Assembly (NCBI GenBank): GCA_012295275.1
Contig: CM022674.1
Location: 558,001 to 622,000 of the forward strand
DNA: 64,000 nt
Reading direction: 5' to 3'
From: Chrysomallon squamiferum
Lineage: Eukaryota > Animalia > Mollusca
The translations under genes were made by a program, and so were the position numbers. Of the stretch, positions 1 through 15,345 are shown in pieces. The notes beneath the pieces are model-generated. The model ran no database searches and was not told where the DNA came from. It saw nothing but the letters and a program-made list of their open reading frames with translations. The first letter of the stretch is position 1, and every line of letters begins with the position of its first letter.

Positions 1-276
1 ATTATTGCCTATCATTTTACTGACGTCATTGGTGACGTAATATTTCTGTATGATTGATTACGTAATACTACTCGCGAAATGCTGAAATTTCAAACAGAAG
101 CGTGTGAAGTTTTTCATTCATGATACGATATCGTGCATTAATAAGTCTTATTAATTAAACGAGTACCACGGAGCTGAGGTTATTAACGGACAATAAGTGA
201 CAGGAGAACAGAAAACGGACGGATACTGAGACAATCACGGTAAACATGAGAGAGAAGCATGTGAATGAGATAAAAC

Positions 277-385
<109 letters not shown>

Positions 386-1873
386 TGAGAACGAGAGAGA
401 GAGGGAATAAGAGTAGTAATAATATTTTGTGATGTTTTTCTGTCGGTCTATCCATGCATCCATCTATCTATATTTATCCATATATCCATCTATCTGTCTT
501 GATGTCTATCTGTCAGTCTGTTTGTCTTCTGTCTATCCAGTCTACCTAGCTATTTCTGTTTAGTTATATATGTTTATATATCTACATATCCATCTAAATG
601 TCTGTCCTGCTATTTCTGTGTGTGTCTACCTTTATCTCTCTATCTATTTATCTATCTATCTGTCTGTCTGTCAGTCTCTATATCCATGAAAACCTGAGTG
701 TTGTAGTATCAAAGGGAGAGAGGGAGACAGTCATACAAATCGTCTTGTAGAGAGAAAAACTAATAAATTACAGTTGATGAAAGTGATGGAACGACTTAGT
801 TAATCAGAGAGAAACAGGAAAACAAGAAAGAGAGAGAGAGAAAACAAAGCAACAAAGTTTTCAGCATGAAAGAACGATGGAATAATAGATTGAAATAAAT
901 AAAGAAAGAAACAAACAAATAATTAAGTAAGAAAACATCTAACTAAGCAAGTCAACAAACAAATAAAGAAATAGATTAATAAAGAGAGAAAAGAAAGAAA
1001 GAAAGAAAGAAGTAGGTAAGTAACTAAATAAACAAACAAGGAAACAAATACGTAATTAAATAAATAAATAAATAGGTTATTAAGTAAATAAAGAAAGAAA
1101 GAAGTAAACAGACAAATAAGTAAACAAACAGATAAACAAACAAACAAACAAACAAACAAACAAACAAACAAACAAACAAACAAATAAACAAACAAATAAA
1201 TAAATAAATAAATAACCAGACAAGCCAACTTTCAAAAAGCCCCACATTCTGCTGCATGCGACGCGTCGCTACTGACCGACAAAACGACACCAATAAACAT
1301 TTTACGTAAGCTGAACCAAGTCTTTACCTGAAAGCAGGCCTACCTGTGCGCTGAACGCAGATTAATTACTGTCGCCAGCTCGCAGCGTTGGACAGGGAAA
1401 TAAATACGTTTGCGAAACATTTCTTCGTTCCGCCCATATCAAAGCATGTCAGTCTCTCAGAGAGCTCATCCATTCCGCGGTGTAACTCACAAACGCTGAA
1501 TGTGTGGTGAAAAAAAAAAAAATAAAAAAAAAAAAAAAAATAATAGACAATGAAAGACTTAATTAATTGCAAGCGACATTAACAGTGACAAAGTACTACG
1601 CCTACAAGGACAGCGAATAAACAACAACAGCAGCAGCAATCATCAGGGAAACGATTGTTGGAATACAAATGACTTTGAGGTGAATAATCGTTTCGACTTG
1701 GATCAAGCATCACTGATGTTTTTAGAAAACGCGTTTTTTTTTTTTTTTTTTATATTTACATTAGTGCTGTGTGTGTTTTAAAACAACAACAACAACACTA
1801 ATAAAAAAATAATTTAAAAAATAAAACAACAAAACAAATAAATAAGGAAACAACCAAATTGTAAAACACAAAA

Positions 1874-1916
<43 letters not shown>

Positions 1917-2989
1917 ACAAACAAATAAATAACAAAAACAATAAAAAGTAATAACGACGTATCATCTTTTCTGTTTCATTGCTTGTGAAACCTTTCTGCA
2001 GATTTCACGATTCATTTTTAGACCACTACTATTCTGTTTACAGTTGCACTCTACAGACAAGCATTATTACTATCCACAACGAACTAGTAAGTCAACTTTT
2101 AACCACTATTACATGCTTCTGATCTCTGCTATATAGAACTACCTTCATTATCAACTCCAGATAACCTTTGTCCATCATGCCCCATTACTGTTCATTAAAA
2201 TTACTACTTTTCTCTTTAGACTACTACTAAGCCCTGTAGACTTAACACTGGGCCCTACAGACTATTACTATGCTCCACAGACTACTATTGCACACAACAT
2301 ACTACTACTGGATCAAAAAGACTCAAAAACTCTGTTGCTTTGTTTTTTCACTCTTTCTTTCTCGCTTTCCTATTTCTACACATTGCGTGTCCAACTCCGA
2401 TTAACTAAGTCGTTCAATCACTTTTGTCCGATGTTATTTCTTAGATTTTCTTTCTGTAAGACGATTTTAATTTCTCTGTCTGTCTTTTGCATGACTGTTT
2501 CCATGTCTCCCTTTCTCACTGCCTCACTCTTCATTTGCTGTTAGACAGACCAGAGAGACAGACAAAGAGACAAACGACAGGATAGTGTGAAAAAACTGTA
2601 CTGTTAGACAGACCAGAGAGACAGACAAAGGAACAGACAGAAATACAGACAGATTGAAAGACATAGCGATATATATAGAGATAGAGAAATAGTGTGAAAA
2701 AGGTGCCATATATATATATGAATACAGTCGAATACAGTCTAATACAGCCCATTACTATGCATTAGAGACCATTGCTGACCAGTACAGTCCCGTACAACCG
2801 ACTGACAGGCATTACAGATCAGTACTATTCATTGCGGATCACTAGCAGTCACTAGAAAACAATATACCCCAACTGCAGCTTATAATAACTAGGCAGTACA
2901 CACCAGTGCAGCCTAGCATTAGTCACTACAGATCGGTATATTCCAATACACCCGCTAATTTTCTTTACTGACAAGAACAGACCAGTGCA

Positions 2990-3240
2990 GCCTAAAATTG
3001 AGCACTATCAGTCATTAATATCCACTACAGACCAATACGCGAGAATACTATCTCTTACAGATCAGACCAGCCTAGTAATATTCATTACAGACCACTATAG
3101 TCAAATACCATCCATTACAGACCAACACAGCCTATTATTATATATTTTTGACCAATGTAGGATACTACCTTTCTTTATAAACCAGTGCATACCTCTACAC
3201 TCCACTACTATCCAAAAAGGTCCAAACTGTGCATTATGGA
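2990..3240. repeat. Highly decayed ~30-bp tandem repeat
   Basis: CATTACAGACCA-like cores recur every 30 bp (TDQ/TDH periodicity in track ORF 2985..3257). Confidence 0.6.
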
Positions 3241-4019
3241 TCAATACTGTTCATTAAATAGCACTGTTCAGATGTCAGCTACCGTCCGTTTGAGACCTCT
3301 AAAGACCAGTACTGTGCACTGCTGTCACAAACTCGCTTGTTGACTACTACTCAACCCTAGATATAATCACAGAAAAAAAAATTCTATCATGGAAACATGA
3401 TTACAGGGCAAGAAAAGATAACAAAATCATCAGTTTTGTGTTTTTCAACAAACATTTATTAACAAATTCACTCGTGATAAGTATCGATGAGCCAATTAAT
3501 TTTGGTTTATACACAGTCATCGCAAAATTCTACTGTTGTAACGTTAAAAATATTGAAAAAAGAAAAAAAAAACAATAATAATAGTATTAATGCTTAATGT
3601 TTTTTGTTTGTTTATTTGTTTTCGGTTTTTTTTGTTGTTGTTTTTTCTCTCCCTTAGCCCTGTTTATTGCTACTTTTATATTATTAAACTGCTCCAATAT
3701 TAATGTAAGAATGTCTGTGAACTTCATTGTCCCCGAGGGTGAAATTAGAGTTGTTCGTTCACAGAGAAAGTCTGACGACTGTGAATAAACGAGCTAATTT
3801 CGAGCGGCTGTGAGAAAAGTGACTCGAATCGTGTCTGTTTGATTGTTTGCTTTGATATTTGATCACAGTTTACGAGGGTTTTTTCTCATTCTGTTTACAC
3901 ATCTAATCTCCCAGACTTCCTATTTATCTACCCGAGTGTCAACCTGTCAACCTGTCAACCTGCCTTTCCATTTGTCTTTGTGTCCGTCTGACCTGCTGTT
4001 TTGTTTCCTTGTTAGATAT

Positions 4020-4433
<414 letters not shown>

Positions 4434-5059
4434 ACTCTCACTCACTCACTCTCCCATATCCAACCATATTTTATCATTTCTGTCATGGAAGAAGACGAAA
4501 CATTTCTCAAGGACAATTTTTTATCAAATCGGCCCTGAAATCTAATAAAGCTTCAATACGTCCAGTCAACAAAACATTACACTTTGTATTCCACAGCCGC
4601 ATAAGAAGAAAACACCCACCCCACCCCCACATACAGAACCCATTTTGTCTTCACGACTGTTTGATCATGACAGCCGTACTTTGCCAGGTATCGGCCCTTG
4701 TCAGAACTGACAAGTAAAAGCATTTCATCTTCACTCTAAGTGATTTGGGATTTTCTGTCCATAACAAGCGATCTTCAGTGACTGATAGTCGAACTGTTAC
4801 ATCGATGAATCCCTTGTACAGAACGATATTCAGACGAAGCCAATAAATATTTCATAAACGTTGTTACGTACACGCTCGCTGATGAAGCATGTTGAATACG
4901 TGTATCTCCCCGCTGACTAATAAAGAAATCATTGTTATTTTTTCACCACAGAGACTAATTTACGATTACTGAATCCAAATACGTTTTATTTTTTATTTTT
5001 GCGTCATTAAACGACAACAAAAATCTCGATAAACAAAGCCCAGGTTCGTTCTTGATAAC

Positions 5060-5696
5060 GTAGTTTGTACGTGTTTGTTTCACCTTTCATAGTCTTCGGT
5101 TTATAGTCGTTTCAGCTGTTTTATTCTGTAGTTTGTACGTGTTTCACCTTTCATAGTCTTCAGTTCGTACTCGTTTCTGCTGTTTTATTCTGTAGTTTGT
5201 ACGTGTTTCACCTTTCATAGTCTTCAGTTTGTACGTGTTTCACCTTTCATAGTCTTCAGTTTGTACGTGTTTCACCTTTCATAGTCTTCAGTTTGTACGT
5301 GTTTCACCTTTCATAGTCTTCAGTTTGTACGTGTTTCACCTTCCATAGTCTTCAGTTCGTACTCGTTTCAGCTGTTGTATTCTGTAGTTTGTACTCGTTT
5401 CAGATGTTGTATTCTGTAGTTTGTACGTGTTTCACCTTTCATAGTCTTCGGTTCGTACTCGTTTCGGCTGTTTTATTCTGTAGTTTTTACTCGTTTCAGC
5501 TGTTTTATTCTGTATTTTATAAGTGTTTCACCTTTTTTAGTCTTCAGTTTATACTCGTTTCAGCTGTTTTATTCTGTAGTTTGTACGTGTTTCACCTGTT
5601 TTACCTTCTGTAGTTTGTATTCAGTTCAGCTGTTTTATTCTGTAGTTTATACTCGTTTCAGCTGTTTTATTCTGCAGTTTCTATTCAGTTCAGCTG
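5060..5696. repeat. 32-bp minisatellite with two interleaved unit types (~20 units)
   Basis: Units GTTTCACCTTTCATAGTCTTCAGTTTGTACGT and GTTTCAGCTGTTTTATTCTGTAGTTTGTACGT, both 32 bp. Confidence 0.9.
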
Positions 5697-6067
5697 TGAC
5701 GGTTTCAGCGAAGTAATGCCTCTACAGAAGAAAGAGATTCCCGAAGCGTTCAGGACACGGAGTAATCTACGAATTCAATCACTCTCTGGAATAAACTAAC
5801 TGTCATCCTGAGATGCGACTAGAACTGAGTGATACGCGGCTTTAATTCGGAGCTGGGCGTGAAGTGTTATCTCGTTTTCTTGTAATGGTGTACGGCAAAG
5901 CAGAATCGTCGATTAAAAGATCTGTGTCTTTTGATGAAAGTTTAATTGGTCTGTCTGTCTGTCTGTTCGTTTGTCTAGCTATCTAGTTATCCATCCTTCA
6001 GTAACATTATTTAAGTGTTCCTCTGTATGTCTACTGGACATAGTGAGTGAGTCAGAGTAAGACAGAC

Positions 6068-6164
<97 letters not shown>

Positions 6165-6175
6165 GAGATAGCGAG

Positions 6176-6288
<113 letters not shown>

Positions 6289-6788
6289 AGAGAGAGAGAA
6301 GAGAAAGAAAGAAAGAAAGAAAGACTAAATTATAGATAGATACACAGAGCTAGGTAGATAGACAGAGACAGACAGATAGAGATATTGCTAATTACATATA
6401 TATATAAAAAAATTATTTCTTCAGGTGTAACGAATCTTTAATTACCAACAATCTATCATTTCTCACCTTTTGACAGGGTAATATAGAGATTATTTAACAG
6501 GTGAAATACAATCTGCATATCTATCATGGGTTATTAATCATACTACACACACGTTTCAGCTCTCCGGTATTTACTTACTTTCAATTAGGGACTATCATTC
6601 CTCACCTTTAATGCTAATGAATGATGAGGCTGATACTGATCAGGTATAATCAGTTATGGCATGTTTATAATAGCAACCCGAAGCTGTTAAAACAGATCAC
6701 GTTTCACTTTCTTTATATTTACAATTCTGCCTCGATATGTTTTATTAATATAATGTTGTTTTCTAATTAAACGCCTCTGAATGTACAG

Positions 6789-6838
<50 letters not shown>

Positions 6839-7060
6839 GTATGTATATATGTACGTACGTACGTGTACGTGTACGTGTGTGTGTGTGCGTGTGTGTGTTT
6901 GTGTCGTATATTACCACCTCTGCATGCTAATCTGCAGAACTGGAAAAACTACAAAAAATTTGCAAAATCCTTAATTTGCAAAAAAATATGCTGATCAGTT
7001 TCTTCACTACCTGCCTTGGCGATCGCTTTTTACTTTGTGTTCCTTTTATTGAATCAGGTC

Positions 7061-7096
<36 letters not shown>

Positions 7097-7307
7097 CTAA
7101 GCGTTGAAGAAGACGAAATTGCGCAGATAAGAAGTGACACAATTTTACACACGGGGACGCTGTGTTAACATAAACACTGATAAGAGAATCTTCTGTGTAT
7201 TGTTTTGTGTGGCGAGGCGCGTTTACAGAGATGAGCTGGTGTTAAAACAAGATAGTGAGCAGTCCGAGATGTTTAATAACTTGAGATGGCGTGAAAGATA
7301 TTCTTGC

Positions 7308-7592
7308 GTGAGATGGTGTTATTACGTGAAATAGTGAGAACGATACATTTAAGTGAGATGGTGTTATTACGTGAGATAGTGAGAACGATGAATTTAAGTG
7401 AGATGGTGTTATTACGTGAGATAGTGAGAACGATACATTTAAGTGAGATGGTGTTATTACGTGAGATTGAGATAGCGAGAACGATGCATTTAAGTGAGAT
7501 GGTGTTATTACGTGAGATAGCGAGAACGATAAATTTAAGTGAGATGGTGTTATTACGTGAGATACAATCATTTTATACGTGAAATGGTGTTA
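7308..7592. repeat. 45-bp minisatellite (~6 units)
   Basis: GTGAGATGGTGTTATTACGTGAGATAGTGAGAACGATACATTTAA in tandem; explains track ORFs 7242..7571 and 7304..7582. Confidence 0.92.
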
Positions 7593-7698
7593 CTGCTGCC
7601 ACTACAACAACTACCACTGATATTATTATTACCACCACTGCTACGGCTACTACTACTGCTAATACTATTATTAGTATTATCATAACAAGAACAAGCAT

Positions 7699-7790
<92 letters not shown>

Positions 7791-8147
7791 ATAATAATAA
7801 TAATAAATAAATAAATAAATAAATAAAATACTTTCTTCTTCGATCGAACTATGAGGCAGAGATACCTCTACCGTGTCCAGCGCCTAATCAGTCATGTTTT
7901 ACGTCTGCACCGGATATCTGACGTGATAGATGGCGCGCAGGTGCAGACATGTAAATTTAGGAATCCGTCTGTAACTGGAAGCAGGAGTCTAAGTTAATAG
8001 TTCCACCGCTGTCAAGCGAAGTGACACATGTCACTGAGGGGCTTTTCTGGACGCGTCTTTTTTTAATAAATAAACGCTGACATTCCTAAAAGGAAGAGAA
8101 AAAACAACAACAAAAATAAAACAATGGATAGTCAGCTGGTAACGGAT

Positions 8148-8191
<44 letters not shown>

Positions 8192-8911
8192 AAACATAGT
8201 GTAACATAGATACATACTTCATAACGGTTTTCAGGAAATGTACATGGGTTAATGAAAGTGTGTTAACGGAATGAACCAGTAAATGAATGAAGAGAAACAG
8301 AGAAATTAAGAATAATTAATATATTAGACGAAATGAAAAGATATAATGAAATGAATCCAGGTTACAAAGACATACACGTGCTTATAACTATACATATATA
8401 CAGACATATATTTACATATATATATATATATGGATAATTTATATTTACACACATACGTACATACGTACATACTTACATTCACACACATTTACATACATAG
8501 ATACATACATAGATACATACTTCAAAAATACATACATATGTATAAATACACACTCAGTACATTAATAAATACTTACAAACAAATACATGCAATACACGTG
8601 CAAACATACATACACACGTGCATTCAAACTATGTGTATGTCTATATGTCTGTGTATATCTAAATATACATACACATATATTATGCATATACAAAATTACA
8701 AACAAATATTTAATTAAACCCATGGGCCTATTTCTGTTAATTTCCGTAACTGTAGGTAGTAATATAGACATCATTTTCTCTCGTAATATCCTTAATCTGG
8801 AGACCAATTTCCTTAACGAAGCTTCTGAATAATTTATTTCAAGTTCAGATTCGACAGCAACGAGAAGCATAAAAGTAAAATTAGAAAACAAGCGACTGAA
8901 CTAATGAGAGA

Positions 8912-8980
<69 letters not shown>

Positions 8981-9265
8981 GGAGCGAGAGAAAGAGACAC
9001 AGAGAGAGACAGAGAGACGGAGAGAGAGAGAATCCTATATATCTATCTCTATCTCTCGATCTATGTATGATGTATCTATCTCTCTATCCATCTGTCTATC
9101 TGTATATGTATATACACACACACACGCAGTCACACAGACTCACAGATATATATACATACATATTTGTGTATGTGAGTGTGTGTGTGTGTGTGTTTTATAT
9201 ATATATATATATACAGATAGATAGATAGATAGATAGGTAGATTGATAGAAAAATGGATCCCTAAA

Positions 9266-9364
<99 letters not shown>

Positions 9365-9595
9365 GTATATCTGCACTCTACTCGTATCTAACATTTAATG
9401 AAACTAATCAGTTAACCAAGCTGAAATGAATTGCAGTTTAATCGTTAATAGTAGCATGACTCTTTCAGATAAGACTTTGCAGAAATTGGCCTAATATAAT
9501 TTGACTGAATACTGTACACTCTGACAGTACTCTTGTGCCGAATGAAATATAACGTCGACATCAACGACAACAACTGCAGCAGCAGAAGCAGCAGC

Positions 9596-9641
<46 letters not shown>

Positions 9642-9647
9642 GTTGTA

Positions 9648-9683
<36 letters not shown>

Positions 9684-10195
9684 GAAGTAGTAATAGTAGT
9701 AATGGTACGAAGAAGAAGAAGGAACATGAAAATAAAATAAAATAAAATAAAATAAAAGTCACTACAAAATCGGAAACGCAAAAATGAGAGTTAACGACTG
9801 GTCCACTGTTTAATATAACGTCATAGAATAAAATGACGTGTATCTTCTGACGTATACACTCAGAGTTACGCAGAAAGCTACCTGTTTACCGTCTATGAAC
9901 TATTATTGTTCCCGTTGTTGTCAGATAATCTAAAACTACTGGTAGCTTACAGAATACCATTAAGACATATTGCAGTTAGTTACACATCTCATCACTGCAC
10001 AGAAAACATGATCAAACACGGAGTCAACGTACTTGCCAAAGAACCGGCTGGTCTCTGTGAAACATTTATTCCTATGGCCTTCAATTTTCTGGAATGCTAA
10101 ATAAAATATTCATGCGAAATTTCCAATTATTTTCACAAATTATGGCCACAGGTCGCTGGTGGCAATTAACAATAATTCTCTTACTCCTTTGACAT

Positions 10196-11400
10196 TCCAG
10201 TTCCGCCATTAGAAGAATCGTCATTTCCGGTAGGCTCATCAGACGTCTGCAGCGTTCAGGTTAATGATTCTTCCTTTGTATTCGTCACACAATACGTGTC
10301 TGCCCTTCTACCTGTGTGTCTGTCCAGTTCCGCCATTACGTGTCTGAAGAATCGTCATTTCCGGTAGGCTCATCAGACGTCTGCAGCGTTCAGGTTAACG
10401 ATTCTTCCTTTGTATTCATCACACAATACGTGTCTGCCCTTCTACCTGTGTGTCTGTCTGTGTGTGTCTGTCTCTCTCTCTCTCTGTATTCATCACCTGT
10501 GTGTCTGTCTGTGTGTCTGTCTCTCTCTCTCTCTGTATTCATCACACAATACGTGTCTGCCCTTCTACCTGTGTGTCTGTCTGTGTGTCTGTCTGTGTGT
10601 CTGTCTGTGTGTCTGTCTCTCTCTCTCTCTCTGTATTCATCACACAATACGTGTCTGCCCTTCTACCTGTGTGTCTGTCTGTGTGTCTGTCTGTGTGTCT
10701 GTCTCTCTCTCTCTGTATTCATCACCTGTGTGTCACAATCTCTGTATTCATCACACAATACGTGTCTGCCCTTCTACCTGTGTGTCTGTCTGTGTGTCTG
10801 TCTGTCTGTCTCTCTCTCTGTATTCATCACACAATACGTGTCTGCCCTTCTACCTGTGTGTCTGTCTGTGTGTCTGTCTGTGTGTTCTACTCTGTGTGTC
10901 TGTCTACCTGTGTGTCTGTCTGTCTCTCTCTGTATTCATCACACAATACGTGTCTGCCCTACCTGTCTGTCTGTGTGTCTGTCTGTGTGTCTGTCTCTCT
11001 CTCTGTATTCATCACACAATCTCTCTCTACCTGTGTGTCTGTCTGTATTCTGTATTCATCACACAATACGTGTCTGTAAGAATGTCTGCCCTTCTACCTG
11101 TGTGTCTGTCTGTGTGTGTCTGTCTCTCTCTCTCTCTCTCTGTATTTCATCACGTGTCTCTAAGAATAGTACTGCCCTTCTAACTGTGTGTCTGTCTGTG
11201 TGTCTGTCTCTCTCTCTGTATTCATCACACAATACGTGTCTGCCCTTCTACCTGTGTGTCTGTCTGTGTGTCTGTCTCTCTCTCTCTCTGTATTCATCAC
11301 ACAATACGTGTCTCTAAGAATAATACTGCCCTTCTACCTGTGTGTCTGTCTGTGTGTCTGTCTCTGTATTCTCTCTCTGTATCTGTACCTGTGTGTTTTG
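10196..11400. repeat. ~128-bp tandem duplication followed by a scrambled compound minisatellite
   Basis: 10196-10323 repeats at 10324-10455. Its tail TGTATTCATCACACAATACGTGTCTGCCCTTCTACCTG+(TGTC/TC)n is then reiterated over ten times with truncated variants. Confidence 0.9.
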
Positions 11401-12264
11401 TCTGTATGTGTTTGTATGTATACGTGTCTCTAAGTATATGTACCTGTGTGTCTGTATGTATGTATTTAAGAATTAAAACACGCACTGGCTCTGTGAATTT
11501 GTTTTATTATTAACTTGGTTTTGTTTTTGTTAGTTTTTAAAAAATATATCTTGACTTAAATGTTGATCATTGTAATGTATATTACAGAGTGCTTTGGTCC
11601 TTTGACTATATATTTATTATTTTGCTGGGATATTTAAAAAAATATATATATATTTACCTACATAAAACATTTTAAAACCATATACAAAAGAGTTTATGGG
11701 TGTATAAAAATATATTTCTAGAACAAAACAATATATTTCACAAATCTGTTTAAAACTATTTAAAAAATTATCTAAAAAGTATCCTTTGTCAAAATCTGTA
11801 AAATATTGTAACATTTCATACAAATACACTTCTGGAAAAAATAAATTTCTAAATCTATTTAAAACTATTTCAAAGACTATTTAAAAGGTATCTTTTCTAA
11901 AAATGAATCTGTAAAAAAAAAAGTACCATCAAAGAACCCATATCCTTTGGAAACATTTTAAAACAAATCCGTTTCTTTAACTGAATTAATTCATAAATTA
12001 TTCGGAAAAATAACTTTATGCAGGCATATTATTCATATGCCCATGGGTTTTTTTTTATGATCATTTTCTATAATCGTGTCAATGTCCTTGACCTTCTTGA
12101 TTGTTATGATGACAAAGATAAAAATAACTTAATTATTATCGTCATCAACGTCGTTGTCACTGTCTATAATAATCCCTGTAATTTCTGTATAAATTTCTTT
12201 TTATTATTACAACCATCACTACAACCACATCATCATCATCATCATCATCATCACTATTATTATT

Positions 12265-12307
<43 letters not shown>

Positions 12308-13130
12308 TCATCGCCATCATCATCAGTCTGATAGAATCGTAATCGTAGGTATCATCGTCATCTTTTTTTTTTTTTCATTATTATTGTCGTTGCTGATGTT
12401 GTCAGTGTGGTTGATTCTCGTTAACGATGATAATCATACTGGTAGTACAATTAACTTAGTTAACATGTCATAGCATGTCGTAACGTTTTTTTTCAATTCT
12501 CTGTGAAGGAAATAGGAAAATGTTTAATTTCCTTGTCTGGTGACGTTTTTATCTTTCCAACTACGCAAAAAAAAAAACTTTCTCTTCAGCTTAACCGGAT
12601 TCATTACGATATCGAACGTCGACCTGGCTAACTTTGTTCACTAACATCTTTGTGCAGTTAAAGATAAAATACTATTATTATTTATCCCTCTCCGCATAGT
12701 ATGAACTCTCTATCCCTCTCTCCCTCTCTCCCTCTCTCTCTCTCTCTATCTCTTTCTTTCGTTGTATCTGCCCTTGATGTCAATGCCTTCCTTTACAAGC
12801 CGTAGCGCCGTTCATTCTCCGATCTAATTAGTACTGTGTTACGCATGTGCAATGTCTGCGACACTAAAATCGATAACTAACGATTGTTGTCGGAAATCCG
12901 CGATCGTCCGTTTCATTTAGCGTACATTCAACTGTAGCAGTTCACATTGCTATTTTGGGTTATCCAATTTGAATAAATCTTTATTTTATATTTTTTACTT
13001 TTATTTTTATTTTTTCTGTCTCTCTCTGAATTTGGTTTTCTTTTATCTTTGTGTTTGTATTTGTTTGCGTGTATTCTTCCATCATTCCAACCTCTATTTA
13101 TCTCTCTATCTCTATACATCGATTGGTCTG

Positions 13131-13189
<59 letters not shown>

Positions 13190-13446
13190 CTCTATCTCTG
13201 TACATATATTGGTCTTTCTATCTATCTATCTATCTGTCTATCTGTCTATCAATCAATGTGTGTTTGTGTGTATCTTTCCATCCATCCTCCATCCATCTGG
13301 CAGTCTGTCAGTCTGTTTTGCTGTATGAATGAATATATGTATGTGTGTAAGTGTGTCTGTTATATGAGCTTGCATGTATATTTTCAGAGGGGCTCCATTG
13401 TTTTTTTTTGTTACTACTACTACTGCTGCTGCTACTTCTACTACTG

Positions 13447-13485
<39 letters not shown>

Positions 13486-14193
13486 ATCCTACTACTCTAC
13501 TAGTGCTAGTGCTGTTGCTGCTATTACTATTACCAACATTACTACCACTATACTATTAATACGTTTAACTTTTACTAATTTCCCATCACCACCGCTACTA
13601 CTATTAATACTACTACTACCACAACTATTGCTGCTATAACTACTACTACAACATCATCATCATCATCATCATCATCTTCACCCATCATTTTCTTCTTCTT
13701 CTTCTCAGTCTCTCTCATCAAAGCATATGTAGCTAAATAACCATTTTTTTTTATCAGTTTAATACAACTTTATGTAATTTTGTTGCGTTAAAGAACAAAC
13801 GCTCTCCTCTTACGTAAATTATCCTGTAAGTAAAACTAATTATACGTGTGATCCCTGCGTCTTTGATGTCTATAATGCTGGGCGGTTTTTCGAAAGAAAG
13901 CATTATCTTTTGTAAGTACTCGACCAGACAAACAGGTGCACAGACGTTAATGTTTATTGGATATTAAATGAAAATGATGTACCCGTTTTCATCCGATTTT
14001 TCTCGTCTGATTCATCCAACGTTTCTTTTTCATGTCGTCGTTGTTGTTGCTGCTGTTATTTCTGTTTTTCCTTCTCCTTTTTCTCCCACGTCATAATAAT
14101 TAGCATCATCATCATCATCATTCTTTTTCTTCTTCTTACTATTATTATTATTATTACTAGTAGTAACAGAAGTAGTCGTAGTAGTAGTAGTAA

Positions 14194-14280
<87 letters not shown>

Positions 14281-14732
14281 GACTGCTATTTTTAATGGTA
14301 TACTTCGTCTTTTTCGTTCCACTGGATTTTAGTAATTATATCAAAATATTTCTTATTTTTTTTTTTTTTTTTTTTTTTTTTTGCTTTTATCTTTTGTTCC
14401 TGTCTGTATGTCTGTGTATCAGTTTCTTTCTCCATGTTGCTCACTCAGATCCTTTCTATATTTATTTTTTGTTCATGTCTTCCTTATTGTTATTATTTTT
14501 TCTTTCTTCTTCGTCATCTACTTTTTTTTTGTTGTGGTTTTTGACCTATGATATTTCATTCTCTTATTAAATACATTTTTCTTGTTATCTTTTTTCTTTT
14601 TTTCTTTTTGCCATTTCATGCTGTGTTCTTGTAATACGATTTTGAGGTTTTTTTCTTAATAAATTGAGAAAGAAAATCTTTTCTGCCCGTCTGTTAGTCT
14701 GTAAAACAGACTTTTGTTTATTATTTTTATAT

Positions 14733-14787
<55 letters not shown>

Positions 14788-14948
14788 TTACTAATTTTTT
14801 TTATAGATATCATCCATTTATATGACTAAAAAAATAAAATAAAAAAAAAAAACCCTTTAAAATGCATGTTTCATATAATTAGGAATACCTTCAGAATGAA
14901 AGTAAATAAAAGCAGATTTAAGTTAAAATAATAATAATGATGATGATG

Positions 14949-15022
<74 letters not shown>

Positions 15023-15183
15023 AATCATAATCATAATAATAATAATAACAATATCAATAACAATAACAACAACAATAATAATAATAATAATAAATGTACG
15101 ACAGTCATTACATCTCCCGTTCTAACTAACTACTTCAGTGAAAGCATTTAACAGTTTTCGATTCTTTATCTGCATGCACGTTA

Positions 15184-15345
15184 TCCTGCGACTGAACATT
15201 CTTCTCTGAAGTCAAGCAGGTTTCAGATGTCGGCGTGTCCTGCGACTGAACATTCTTCTCTGAGTCAAGCAGGTTTCAGATGTCGGCGTGTCCTGCGACT
15301 GAACATTCTTCTCTGAGTCAAGCAGGTTTCAGATGTCGGCGTGTC
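15184..15345. repeat. 53-bp tandem repeat x3
   Basis: TCCTGCGACTGAACATTCTTCTCTGAGTCAAGCAGGTTTCAGATGTCGGCGTG at 15184, 15238 and 15291. Confidence 0.95.

Noticed and set aside
7308-7592. Regular repeats here, at 5060-5696 and at 15184-15345 as possible CRISPR arrays
   Set aside because: Units are contiguous with no unique spacers, there are no cas genes, and the context is eukaryotic.
10316-11317. 333-aa and overlapping Cys/Leu/Val-rich ORFs
   Set aside because: Products of the compound minisatellite, open in several frames at once.
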